From the NCBI RefSeq assembly GCF_002113885.1, contig NW_018408770.1:714458-778457 (forward strand): a DNA stretch of 64,000 bases, written 5' to 3'. Within the stretch, counting starts at the first letter, position 1. Every line of letters starts with the position of its first letter. The DNA comes from Mizuhopecten yessoensis (Eukaryota). The translations under genes and the position numbers were made by a program. Below the pieces are notes generated by a model. The model saw nothing but the letters and a program-made list of their open reading frames with translations, searched no databases and was not told where the DNA came from. Below, piece after piece: positions 13,301 through 27,018 of the stretch.

Positions 13301-14212
13301 TTAACAAGCCATTCTGTTTTTGTTATGTTTTTTGCCCTTCTCTACCCCGACACGAACCACCAAGGTTATGTTCAGATCGTCGCGTCTTCAGTTGGTGCAT
13401 ATGACAGAAATACTTGGTAATATCCGTGTATTTATATCCATAACGGCAGCGTCACTGACAGTTACGTGGTCTTCAAACGTGATTTTGTGTCATCACAATG
13501 CTCTCATTACCAATTTATATCCTTTCATTCATTTCTGTATCTAAATTTTCTGAAATAAACTCTTAAAATAATACCTGTTCCTGACAATTTAAAGTCCAAA
13601 GTTCAGTAGGATTTTTCCTGTCGTAATCATCCCAATAACAGACAGATTTTATATACATATGTAGTTGTTGACATTAAAGTTTGCCTCAATTTTTCTGATT
13701 ATTGTTCAAAACATTACCATTTAAGAAGTCCTCATATTTCTGTTAAGTAGTTTCAGGATTGAGTTAGTAGTGGTTCTAGCGAGTTATACGACATCAATTA
13801 AAACCCTTTAAATTATAACCATGGTTACTTAAAAGAAAGCAAGCAAACTGGTAATATGTTTGTATAAATATTTTATTTTCTATTTGGTATTACATGTATA
13901 TAATTTCATATTCAAATACAGATAAAACTAGACATAAAATCACTGGGGTGTGTAGAACGTGCAATGTATGTATGGATTCCTCGCACACAGCTGTTTAATC
14001 TGACAGACGGAATATTGGAATCTGCAAGACTGGATTTGAAATTCAGCTAAAACCAATTCGGTTCAGACTGTACAAGTCTAATTTCAGATGTGAAAATCTA
14101 ACTCATAAAGTAGAAATTAATCCAGTTTGAGTTTTCATGACAACTGCTTGATTGTAACAGCTGATGAATTGATTTGAAAATTAATTTGAGTGATAAACAT
14201 ACAGTTAGTTAA

Positions 14213-14409
14213 GGGCTATTCCATAATTAATCATAAGGGGAGGTGGGAGGCACCTGTAGCAATATTATTAAGAATGGAGGGGTAAAACGCCAGTCTGCCT
14301 TCCATTCCTTATAATGAATTAGTTCTAGTATCCAATGACTGGCTCAGCCTCAGAAAAAATGCCTCTCATCTCTCCCATCCCTCCCATAAAGTTACTTCTG
14401 GAACAGCCC
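14213..14409. mobile_element. MITE-like element
   Basis: Terminal inverted repeats GGGCTATTCCA...TGGAACAGCCC, internal inverted GGGAGG/CCTCCC blocks, and TTAA on the left flank. Confidence 0.5.
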
Positions 14410-16244
14410 AGTACTAAATGGAGAAAACTTTTAACACAATTTCCCTTTAGAAAAATAACCATGTATATAACCTAACTAATGTTGAACGTCATTTACGTTA
14501 CATAAAAACAGCATCCAGTTATGTCGGGTAAAGTTCCCCAAACAACACATTTACTTCAGTAAACTGACCCCAACCAACATGTACACGGTACATCCTGGTC
14601 ATTTAATCATCAGGCTTCAGGTAAAAATCTGTAATAATTTTCCTCAAGTAACGAAACAGGATTCGTTGCTTCAACACCTAACCATTTCCTCACAACAACT
14701 GAATGGAATGCGAGTCTTTTGGGCAGAATACAATTGTAGGGCTAATGAGATTCTACCGTGAAAATATATGTGAAACTTAACAGAACAAAATATCTAGCTT
14801 AACTTGGTGCTGATGTATGCTGCAATGAATGCATCTATCCTTGGCAGGCAAATAAATAACTAACTGTGAAAAAATCTGTTACCAAGGAAACCCTGCTAAG
14901 TTAGTCTCTAACACTGACTACAACATAATACTGAATCACAGGTCGGGTCGGAATGGGCGGAGTATTGGTATCACTGAGGCTTTGCCTCATTCTATAATAA
15001 ATATATGGATATATTCCACGTAAGACAGCTCAAGTTAATATTTTCAATGTATTATTCTCGTTTACTTTCTGTATATTTTTATGAATAGATATTTGTAAAT
15101 CAGATGGATTTAACAAAGTAAACACTTTCCCTGCTGAAAACAATTTATTTTACAACATTGCATCTAACTGAACATTCACAACTTTTTCTCCTATATATAT
15201 ATATACTATTGTAAAAGGCTTATAAATTACCAGAAGGGAAAAAGGGCAAAGACTTTGAAGACAGCGAACTTCATGCAGATTTCTTTAAGTGGATATTTGG
15301 TACCTCGGGTATACAGAATAATAACATATTCTGATTTAAAAACTTTATTTTTTAATTTTCTTTCTTTTAATACCAATATTTTACAATACAGAAACAAGGA
15401 AACAACATAAAACTACGAAAAAATTCATTAAGAATAAAAAAGTTTAAAGAGCTGATACAGAGAAAAAAATAGTACATCAAGTATATGCAGAGAATAATAT
15501 TTTATGATTATTCTCTTTGAAAGTAAATATTTTTGATTTTAGCAGTTTCATAAAATATAATCATTTTTCAGACAAGGTACTGGTGTTTCTTTAATTTATA
15601 TACAAAATGTGTTTGATAATCTACATAAACGTGATCCTTGGTATACATACATACATATTCATAAAAAACTACTTTAATAAGGATTATTGACATTAGAAAC
15701 ATTGTCATGATGAAAAATGTCAGCACTTTCGGTTGAGGTAATGCATTTCTAGGCCTTTTTTTATCCTCCCTAGCTCAGCTGTGGAAAATTTGCAGTTTTT
15801 GCAAAGACTGAAACTCCTTTGTAGACATGATATCTAAAATCTTAAACTGCCTTCAACAAATTTCATAAAATGATACATAAAATAAATAACTATTTGATTA
15901 AATACCATAATTATCTAACATGAAGACCTAAAAATACAATTAAAAACAAATATTACCGTAGCCAGACAAAATTGGTGAGTTACTTAGTTTTGCAAAATCG
16001 TTTAATCTACTGAAATTACAGAAGACTTGTTTTGATAAGCTTTCTGAAATATTCCATTAATTTTTGAAATGATAAAGTGCATGTGTGTAATTTTAGTGGT
16101 TAATTTTTAAGAAAATTCTACAATAAATAAAGAGCTCACTAAAATTGTTGAGGTACAGTAAGTATATCACAGAGATTGGTTGACACTGGTCCCTAATGGC
16201 AGTATATGCTGACCACTGACACTAAATACAATTCTCTTCCCAAA

Positions 16245-16541
16245 TTAATATGCGTTCTTATACATTTTCTGGTATGATGTGCTCAGGGTATCGTTGAAAA
16301 CTTGTCGGTGAGACTTGGCTGTAAATTGAGCTGCTCTGTCTGTCCAATATTTCCCGTTGTCCAGGTGTACGGCGGCTCGCGGGCTGCAACATATAACACA
16401 ACATCAAAGTACTATATATAAAGTCATTATCAGGGTCCACTGTAATGCTTAGACCCATTTACTGGGTTTGTTTTTAACAGATTTGAATTATGATCATTTA
16501 AAGTTAATGTGTAGGCTATCTGCATATAGCAAGTTTCTAGC

Positions 16542-16589
<48 letters not shown>

Positions 16590-19500
16590 AGACCTGGCCT
16601 ATTTCCTTTGTGAAAGGTGGGGGAATAGTCCTGGTTAAGAGGAATCTGAATATATGATTATGTTTTAACATTTGGTCACATTATCCAAAAGTGTAATAAA
16701 AAAACAACCCTGTATATGTTTATTTACCAACAGATGAACTTTCATAGGATTCCTCGATATATGCTTTTCTTTTCAATTTAGTAATTTTGACCTAGACAGT
16801 ATTTTGACCCTGCCCTAGGTATGAATTATTTGGAGTCTTACTCAATTGTATATATACAAGATCTAATCTTGTAATTACACTTGTACCTTTATTATGCAGT
16901 GATGTATATATTTTTGCAAAAGTCTAACATGCCAACACTATGCAATGTACCATGCATATTTTATAAAACAAAATTAACATCTCCCCAACAAATATAGCAA
17001 ATAACATCTCAACGTAAGCAGCCACTAAAATTTTAAAGTCTAAATTCATGCGTATAGCTAAAATTCAAAATACAGAGAGGTAAAAAAAAATAATGTAAAT
17101 TAAACAAAAAAGTACAGAGAAGAATTTAACCAAGAGAGAAAAGCAGTTGTCCACTGAAACACAAAATTACAAGCTGTCACTGTATATTTTAATCCAAACT
17201 CATGTTTTTTGTTATAACTAAGCCTCCCCATTGCCAATACATGTAATCAGTTACATCAAATTGTTTATAAAGCTCAACGTTATCTGTGTTAATCATATAG
17301 TGGGTCATTTCCCATTGATAAGTTTTTACCATTGACAAGTTTTCAAACATTCAAAGAGTCAAATTGAAAAAAAATGTGAGTATTTAAGTCTTGACTTGCG
17401 TGTAATTAATAAAATTCTGCTCATTTCAAATTTCAAAGTATAAATTGTGATAAGAAAGTCCTATCTGCATATGTTCATTTTTTTTCACACAAGACATATT
17501 AGGAGACACTCTTTAATTTTGTTAGACACAAATAAGACAGCAGACAAAGGCTTTCTCCCCGAGACAGACAGACACAGAACAATACAAAGAGTGATATGTA
17601 CATGTAAACTAGGAGCATCCCACAGCTGGACGTCTAATAATACCTCCGACTCTTCACAATGCTGGTATCAATTTGTAAGTCATCCAACGAGTTCCTGGAA
17701 AGTGATATATATGGGGAGTACCTTCTGGGAGCCTGTTGGGACAGAAAAAGAAATGTAGATAAATGACTACCAACATGATTGTGTGCCATGGTGCACATCC
17801 CACAATTCACTCAAACAAATAATGACAAACATATTTTTTCCTTTAAATTTCTACATTTGAACACATTCTATTTTTGAGAGAATATTCTCTGCATTTTGTA
17901 CAGGAATTTACTTTGATAAATATAAGTGAGCAAAATGATCTTATCAGCTATAGTAAGAAATGTCAGTTTTACATGGTGTATGTAATTAACGTACAGGAGA
18001 CACACTCCTCAGGATCTCCCGACTCCGCCTTAGACTTTCCTGTACCCTCAGTTCAATCCTCTCAGCAGGGGTGAGGCCACCATACCTCTGTCGCAGGGTG
18101 GACCGATACAGTAGGGGGCTGGGGGAGCGGGACCTTGGAGGGATGTAAAGGTCATCTACTGAGCGGGTCAGGGCAGCGACCTCAGCATCTATCATTAAGC
18201 CATACAAGGAATTCATCAATAGATCTCCAAATATCACACAACTTTTCTTACATGTTATGTTGTTTGTGCACCTTGTACTGACCAGTACCTTAGATTTTCT
18301 GGGTTTTTTTTTTTTTAATTTTCTACTTCAGTAATATCTTGGATAATCAATGTTTAAATTAAAACTTCTGACTTCAGGAGAAACTATACTGTAAACATAC
18401 TGATATTCTAACCAATCCTATTTCAGTACATGTGTGTATAAACAAAACTGCAAGCATACTGATTCTAAATTATCTCACTTCATTATAAACTATACTGTAA
18501 ACAAACTAATATTTAATCTTTCTTCAATATAACAGTACTGTAGACATACTGATATACTAACTAATTAATGTCTGTTCAATATAACAATACTGTAAACATA
18601 TTGTTATACATGCATTCTAATTGTTATAAACATATATCAGCAAAATTTTGTTGATAGTCTGCATGCATTTCTGTCACATTTTATTACAGAAAGTTTTGAA
18701 GTTTTAACAGCAGATTTGTACAGGGATAGTTGCTTGTTTATATTATAATCTGCAGAGATACTGGACACCTACCTTCATCGTCGCTTGGAACAAATCGTGA
18801 CTGATAGACAGGAATTGGATCATCTCCAGCATCCCGCATCACCTTTCTTAGGCGGTATTTGTTGACATCAGGGTAGGAGGCGTAATCACTGTAATATTCT
18901 GGAACAAAATTTACATAGCAGTCTTTAAAATCGGAGGAGAATACTTTTCACTGCTATCTGACTTTTGTGTTTTTCCTCTGCAATGAAGGTGAATTTATGA
19001 TGACAGCGAATATTAGTACACGTGATACCTCATATACAGTAATAATAATATGTGTAGGGCAAAAATAAAACTGGGCAAATATGGATTCTAGTGGTGAAGG
19101 TTGAAGATTGGATTGGGCAAAAGTTTCCCAGTATACAGTATGAGCAGTGTCTTTTCATTCATCATTCATCAAAATGGAACTCATGTTTTGATATTCAAAA
19201 TCAAGATATTTAGAATAACATATTTTAAATTCCAAATTGATATTCATGACAGACACAAGAATTTAGCAGTGTCATGACCTCACCTGTATCTGACAAGGCA
19301 CTACGAGGTCTGCTGCTGGAACGCTTGGCCTTTTTCTTACTCTTTTTGGTTTTGGGTCCTCCGGTTCCTGGGATACGACCGATCAGGCTTTTCTCCAGCT
19401 GTATAATGTAAGGGGTCAAATATTCATATATAAGGAAGTTAATCTTAACTGAAGCATACTTGACAACTTTAAAAGATTTCATACGAGAGAAACTGTGGCA

Positions 19501-22500
19501 TCAACGAAAAATGTATGAAAATATCTAACAAATTAAAATTGTAAAAGTTTAAAAAATAGCACAGTCTGAATTGTTTATGCAATGAATTCAATTTCAGTTA
19601 AAAATATATGCTAGGAAATGCTGCTGAAATTAAAAACACAAAAAAAAAAAAAAAAAATCAGGATATTTGGCAAGGATGTGTTTAATAGGTTATCATAAGT
19701 ATATATTTAATTATGTAAATATGAGTAAAGAACTGCAATGAAACCATAACTATAATGAGATTATCAGCAAATATCAAATTATAAGTATCTTGACAAAACA
19801 ATACTTAGCTTAGAGCAAAACCTCACTTACAACTCAATTACATATTTATGTCCAACAAAAAGTAAAGTTTTCAAATTTTGCAGTTAAAATACAGTAAAAC
19901 CTTGTTATACTGCCACCATTTTCATGAGAAAAGTTGGCATTATAAGGGGGTTTGGCGACAAATTGAGGGAAAATGTATGAAGGCATTCTTATGAGAAAGA
20001 GAACAAATCATGGCAGTAAAGGAGGTCGCAAATTAAAAGGGGCATTATATCGAGGTTTTAATGTAGATAAACATTCATAGTGATAAATAGCTATTTGATG
20101 AACTGACAGGTCTGGTGAGTGTGGAGGAGTATTGAACAATGTTTAACAGTTGATGTACTGACAGGTCTGGTGAGTGTGGATCCGAAGGAGTATAGAACAA
20201 TGTTTAACAGTTGATGTACTGACAGGTCTGGTGAGTGTGGAGGAGTACAGAACAATGTTTAACAGTTGATGTACTGACAGGTCTGGTGAGTGTGGAGGAG
20301 TACAGAACAATGTTTAACAGTTGATGTACTGACAGGTCTGGTGAGTGTGGAGGAGTACAGAACAATGTTTAACAGTTGATGTACTGACAGGTCTGGTGAG
20401 TGTGGAGGAGTACAGAACAATGTTTAACAGTTGATGTACTGACAGGTCTGGTGAGTGTGGAGGAGTACAGAACAATGTTTAACAGTTGATGTACTGACAG
20501 GTCTGGTGAGTGTGGAGGAGTACAGAACAATGTTTAACAGTTGATGTACTGACAGGTCTGGTGAGTGTGGAGGAGTACAGAACAATGTTTAACAGTTGAT
20601 GTACTGACAGGTCTGGTGAGTGTGGAGGAGTACAGAACAATGTTTAACAGTTGATGTACTGACAGGTCTGGTGAGTGTGGAGGAGTACAGAACAATGTTT
20701 AACAGTTGATGTACTGACAGGTCTGGTGAGTGTGGAGGAGTACAGAACAATGTTTAACAGTTGATGTACTGACAGGTCTGGTGAGTGTGGAGGAGTACAG
20801 AACAATGTTTAACAGTTGATGTACTGACAGGTCTGGTGAGTGTGGAGGAGTACAGAACAATGTTTAACAGTTGATGTACTGACAGGTCTGGTGAGTGTGG
20901 AGGAGTACAGAACAATGTTTAACAGTTGATGTACTGACAGGTCTGGTGAGTGTGGAGGAGTACAGAACAATGTTTAACAGTTGATGTACTGACAGGTCTG
21001 GTGAGTGTGGAGGAGTACAGAACAATGTTTAACAGTTGATGTACTGACAGGTCTGGTGAGTGTGGAGGAGTACAGAACAATGTTTAACAGTTGATGTACT
21101 GACAGGTCTGGTGAGTGTGGAGGAGTACAGAACAATGTTTAACAGTTGATGTACTGACAGGTCTGGTGAGTGTGGAGGAGTACAGAACAATGTTTAACAG
21201 TTGATGTACTGACAGGTCTGGTGAGTGTGGAGGAGTACAGAACAATGTTTAACAGTTGATGTACTGACAGGTCTGGTGAGTGTGGAGGAGTACAGAACAA
21301 TGTTTAACAGTTGATGTACTGACAGGTCTGGTGAGTGTGGAGGAGTACAGAACAATGTTTAACAGTTGATGTACTGACAGGTCTGGTGAGTGTGGAGGAG
21401 TACAGAACAATGTTTAACAGTTGATGTACTGACAGGTCTGGTGAGTGTGGAGGAGTACAGAACAATGTTTAACAGTTGATGTACTGACAGGTCTGGTGAG
21501 TGTGGAGGAGTACAGAACAATGTTTAACAGTTGATGTACTGACAGGTCTGGTGAGTGTGGAGGAGTACAGAACAATGTTTAACAGTTGATGTACTGACAG
21601 GTCTGGTGAGTGTGGAGGAGTACAGAACAATGTTTAACAGTTGATGTACTGACAGGTCTGGTGAGTGTGGAGGAGTACAGAACAATGTTTAACAGTTGAT
21701 GTACTGACAGGTCTGGTGAGTGTGGAGGAGTACAGAACAATGTTTAACAGTTGATGTACTGACAGGTCTGGTGAGTGTGGAGGAGTACAGAACAATGTTT
21801 AACAGTTGATGTACTGACAGGTCTGGTGAGTGTGGAGGAGTATAGAACAATGTTTAACAGTTGATGTACTGACAGGTCTGGTGAGTGTGGAGGAGTACAG
21901 AACAATGTTTAACAGTTGATGTACTGACAGGTCTGGTGAGTGTGGAGGAGTATAGAACAATGTTTAACAGTTGATGTACTAACATGTCTGGTGAGTGTGA
22001 AGGAGTATAGAACAATGTTTAACAGTTGATGTACTGACAGGTCTGGAGAGTGTGGAGGAGTATAGAACAATGTTTAACAGTTGAGGTACTAACATGTCTG
22101 ACTAGATGTACTGACAGGTCTGGTGAGACTGTACACTATAATCTGAATGTTTAACAGTTGAGGTACTAACATGTCTGACTACAAATGGAGGTCGTCCGAC
22201 ACAGCTGGCACTGGATGGGCGCTTGCTTGTTCCTACTTGCTCTAGCTTCTTCCTGTACACTGGAGACGGAGACCTAGAACGAAAAACAGAGGCAACTGTT
22301 GGCTTGTGGTAGTTTTTCTGGTCCTCCTCAGCATCAACATCCACGTATGTCCTACAGGGAGGTAAAAAGAACAGCCCAGTCAGTTAGTTGAATGATGTAT
22401 ACAGGAAAGGAAAGCTGTATATCACCTCACAGAAGAAATACAGAAAAGAAAATGAAAGTGTATTTACATGCAGAAAATAATTACTATTTCTATTATCAGG

Positions 22501-25500
22501 TAAGTAGAGGTTGTAAAGGTATATATTAGCTGATAAGAATCATCAACCACGAGCAACTGTAACCCACCACCCACGGCAAATCTAAAAGTTGTTAGCGTAA
22601 ATGCAGGAGTAGCTAATATTTACAGTTTGAAGATCTTTGACAGATATTGCATTTGTTTTTTCAAACAAAATGTCTGTATTCTCCAATCAATGAAAATGAA
22701 TATAAATCCTTACAAGAAAATGATGAGAGAGTTTGCTACTTACCACTCAATGGTTAAGAAAGAGGTGCATATAGTCAGATATTAAGGAGGGTATGTATAC
22801 AATGTTATGTGAGGGAGAAGAGTGGATATTAACAAAAAATAAGGGAAAGGGAAGGTTGNATGATAGGAAATCCAAATTTCTTGTTCTTTCCCACGGTTTT
22901 ACATGGGAGAATTAGTAAGTTTTGTTATCATATATATATATTGAAAGCCAAATAGGTGTTCACGCTAGCACTCGACACAAATGGAACATCATGTGACAAG
23001 ACTTGGTCGATGAACATCACATATGACATGTTTTGTTATGACCAGGATCACGTGACAACATTACACTCGTCTTTTTTATGGTTGTTGGACGTCACATGAC
23101 AAGACTAGTAGGGCTGCAGCAAGCTCATCAAACAAGGAAAATATGTACAAAAACAAAGCAAAATATGCAAAAATCATGAAGAAAAGCAAAAGCTAAATAG
23201 CTTAGCTATACGAAAATATTGATAAATGGTGATAGAAAAGATAATTTGTGAAAATTAAGAATGTATTACACTGACTGAGCTGTTGATCTTTTTAACATTA
23301 TGTAACATAACTGTAATTCTTAAAAGGAATAAAGTATTTTATCACATTATACAAGTAATTTCATAAAATTTAATCAATAGCTTATCATATCATTGTAATT
23401 AGCCATTAAACATAATATCATGATCTTTTCACTGAACAAACAAGCAATCTGCTTCAATTCAATAAATTCATGTAGGTTTATTAATTCAATACTTTTCAAA
23501 ATATTATATACAATGCAATATTTATATACATGGAACTATTACAGAAAAACAACGTGAATGGATTGTTATTGTGGCCACACTCTCAGTACATGTAATATGA
23601 TTCAAAACAAACTGGTGCACAAGGAGATTCTTTATCACTCAGGTAATGAATCTTTTCCATAATTTGTTGATTTAGAACTGATACATATAACCATTATCAA
23701 CCAATAAATGAGCAATACAACTTTTAAAAAATCCTGTTTTAACCCAGATTAAGCCACATCTTTGATCAATATAAAGAAACTCCTTCTATATCAAAGTTAG
23801 CATACAAAGATACAAAGTTAAACCTGACAAGCAGAAAACTCAAGTATGGATGACAAACCTCATGGAGCTTCTTGATGATGGTCGTGATGTTGAGCGAGAT
23901 CGCCTTCTAGATTTCTGTGCAAAATAAATGATTATGAATGCAAATAAAAAATCTGAGATAAATAAATAAAAAAGTGTACGTCTAATCAGCAGATACCGGT
24001 AGTATTTATTTCATTAAAAAAATGTATAGGAGGTATGGATCTGTTGAACAGTTAATACACTTTACACTGTACATTTATCAATGCAATTTACAGAAAGTAC
24101 AGGTATATATCAATAATTTACATAGATCAAAGTAATGTCTCATCTAAACCTAGATCTAGGGGATAGAACTTAACTAGATAGAAGTATCTTACCCTCTCAT
24201 CTCTCAGAGCGTCCTCCAGAGCATCTAACTCAGGGGAAAGAGATTCACTGATGTTGGTAACAGTGAAAAACTCCAGCTTGGGTGCAATGCCCTGTGTAAC
24301 AAACAAAATAGAAATAAGTATACTAAATAGTACTCACTTTATTTAAGCTATGTTAATTGTTCGGTTATAACATTTGAAGGCTGTTTAATGACCTGTTATG
24401 AAGGTTAAGCTTAAATGAAGTTAATACTGTATTTCAAATACTACAAGTCACAATCCATACTGAGGATAGAGAACTAATAAATATATAGGTCATAAGTGTA
24501 TAGAATGTCAAAGACACATCAACTGAATTATAACTGAAACATTAAAAAAAAAAATTGATGTCATTTTAAATAATAAACGTTCATGAATAAAATTCTATTT
24601 ACAATGAGATAAAATTTTAAAAGGCCAGGGAAATCATGCGACCCTTTGTAAGAGTTTTTGCCAGTAATATAGGGAAGTTTCTACTCACAGGGAAGTCCAT
24701 AGTGCGAGCCAGAAGGAGTTCTCTTGTGTTGGAGGCATAGGCAGGAGCTAACGATGGGTATGGAAATAGGAAGTCACGAGCATTTGAAGAATAGGAAGCC
24801 AGACGAATAGCACCGTCACAGTCATCGCGCAATTGTAATAGTTCTACTATTACCAGCTCATCTGTAAGAAAAATGGTCTTAAAGTTTGAAATAACATTTA
24901 TTTTGTTTTTAGTATTGTAATTGTGTGTGTGATACAACAAAAAGGTTCAACAGACCAGTTTTTCGAAATGTATAACTTAGATATGACGGAGGTTCACATT
25001 AATTTGCTGAAGTCTTCCGTACTGTGGTCTATAAACTGACAAAGAAAACCAAGGACACCATTTGTTTCCTTAACAGTAACACCACGATGTGATTTTCTAA
25101 TGAGATGTTTTAACAATACATAACATTGTATCACAATCAAATATATGATAGTACGAGAAAAGGAGAAAGGATAGAAATGGAAAAGACAGAAGCATATAAA
25201 AGAAGGAAAAAATATATAGAAATTTATGTTTTTATTTGCAAAATAGTGGCATCTTAAGATAAATCAACCAACCAGTAATACTTGTTACACTCTAACTAAG
25301 TGTAACACTCTAACTAAGTATAACACTCTAACTAAGTGTAACACTCTAACTAAGTATAACACTCTAACTAAGTGTAACACTCTAACTAAGTGTAACACTC
25401 TAACTAAGTGTAACACTCTAACTAAGTGTAACACTCTAACTAAGTGTAACACTCTAACTAAGTGTAACACTCTAACTAAGTGTAACACTCTAACTAAGTG

Positions 25501-27018
25501 TAACACTCTAACTAAGTGTAACACTCTAACTAAGTGTAACACTCTAACTAAGTGTAACACTCTAACTAAGTGTAACACTCTAACTAAGTGTAACACTCTA
25601 ACTAAGTGTAACACTCTAACTAAGTGTAACACTCTAACTAAGTGTAACACTCTAACTAAGTGTAACACTCTAACTAAGTGTAACACTCTAACTAAGTGTA
25701 ACACTCTAACTAAGTGTAACACTCTAACTAAGTGTAACACTGTGATTTGTTTTCTTGTTTGGCTTAAGACGACAATTGAATATAATATATACATATATAT
25801 ATATTACATTTTTGTATCCAAGTAAACGTCAGAGCTCCAGAGGGTACTACATGTATTCCATTTATCCCATTCATTTTGAAATTTCCTAACTTAAATTTCA
25901 TTTTCCATACATGTATGATCATGCAATTGGATCAAGTGGTTCTCCCCATTTTTCTTTATCCTGTTGGAGTAATCTCATTTGTGAAAGTGTTGAATAAAAA
26001 TCTTTAGTCCTCTGAACCTCTACATTTATGAAATAACTGAATAGCTTAGATGAGATTACATCAAAAATAAGGTCTTACCTTCCAAGAAATCAGCCACTTG
26101 TGAAGGGTCTAATGCTGTGTAGTAGGTCTGCAAATGAATGAGTGAAATAGAAAATGCAAAGTTGTTGATCATTTTTAATAATGTAGAAAAAAAACTATAA
26201 CATTATATTTTTCCAACATTCAAAATAGAATAAATACATCAAGATGATATATTTATAAAAAAAATCAAGTTTATAATGCAAGATTTTGATAAATTACTTC
26301 AGGGTTAATTAATTAATTAAAATGTGATGATGATACTTACTTTATCAAAAACTAAATCTTCCTTTATAAATAAGGGGAAAATAGAAGGTACAAGGTTGGT
26401 GGTCCTGTATTCACCAAACATAGATATACTGAGGTAGACATCTTCCCGGCTAGATAACCAAACCCCAGGAGCTGTCACCTGAGTAAAGAAAAAAATACAT
26501 GTCTGTGCACTAAACACTTTACAAGTTATTAAACAGTTGAACAGATTGACTTTCATTTTCACTCTTTTCCATCCCTCAGACATTTAAATAAGTAACAATA
26601 TATATAGCTAGTATTATATATTTCTTTTAAACCTTTATTTGCATATTGATATGCATCAACCTGTTGCATACCAATTCTTCAAAGATGAAACTTTATTTCA
26701 TTACTGACCACAAACTAGTAAAACAGTAACATTTTACAAATTGTAAATGTTTTTAGGATCTATTTTTAGAAACAATATAATTAAATTTGATTCTTTCTTC
26801 AACTTAAATACTTCGAACGAACAACATACCAAAATATGTATTTAACTACTAGAAACGGTGGCACCGTTAAGCGGGTCCTTATATAAACAAGACACGACAT
26901 GCCCTACTGCAGTAGCCTATCACCTAATGTCATGGAAGGATATTTTTCATGAAAGATTATGTTTACTTACCGCTCTAATTTTCAGATCCACACAACATCT
27001 CATAGCCCTTCGTGGCAT
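16245..27018 (-). CDS. SPATA6: Spermatogenesis-associated protein 6 family, 12 coding exons, ~468 aa
   Basis: Exons (-): 27018-26971, 26478-26341, 26127-26079, 24861-24689, 24291-24193, 23914-23859, 22351-22171, 19398-19284, 18898-18773, 18188-17995, 17732-17644, 16383-16245(TAA); 1407 nt with consistent phases. The N-terminus MPRRAMRCCVDLKIRAVTAPGVWLSSREDVYLSISMFGEY...FPL, the motifs GIAPKLEF and RPPFVVRH, and the C-terminal VHLDNGKYWTDRAAQFTAKSHRQVF...YQKMYKNAY all match SPATA6-family motifs. Confidence 0.9.
16543..16588. repeat. C46 homopolymer (G46 on the SPATA6 sense strand) in the last SPATA6 intron
   Basis: Read directly; the run length may be inexact in the assembly. Confidence 0.9.
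18383..18630. repeat. Degenerate ~50-bp tandem repeat in a SPATA6 intron
   Basis: Recurrent TATACTGTAAACATACTGAT-like blocks. Confidence 0.55.
19892..20063. mobile_element. Tc1/mariner-type MITE
   Basis: TA|CAGTAAAACCTTGTTATACTGCC...GGCATTATATCGAGGTTTTAATG|TA: imperfect 23-bp TIRs with TA flanks. Confidence 0.65.
20096..22185 (-). repeat. 55-bp near-perfect minisatellite, ~37 copies, derived from the 5' splice site of SPATA6 exon 7
   Basis: Plus-strand unit GTACTGACAGGTCTGGTGAGTGTGGAGGAGTACAGAACAATGTTTAACAGTTGAT. On the sense strand it reads CAGACCT|GTCAGTACATCAACTGTTAAACATT, against the real junction CAGACAT|GTTAGTACCTCAACTGTTAAACATT at 22171/22170. Confidence 0.93.
25283..25741. repeat. 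18-bp near-perfect minisatellite, ~25 copies
   Basis: Unit TAACACTCTAACTAAGTG. Confidence 0.97.

Noticed and set aside
16258-16458. ORF-track peptide MGLSITVDPD...
   Set aside because: Wrong frame; the real terminal SPATA6 exon is read in another frame from the acceptor at 16383.
20096-22185. CRISPR-like appearance of the regular arrays (also 1-1300, 2396-4123 and 38200-39466)
   Set aside because: The units are contiguous with no unique spacers, there are no cas genes, and the context is eukaryotic introns.
22940-23120. Possible extra SPATA6 exon after a CTGCAG acceptor
   Set aside because: All three frames hit stops and the flanking exons already join in phase. An ambiguous base (n) at 22859 also marks lower local quality.
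25285-25794. 169-aa ORF (VLHLVR)n
   Set aside because: It is the translation of an 18-bp minisatellite inside a SPATA6 intron; it has no splice signals in phase and the SPATA6 model is complete without it.
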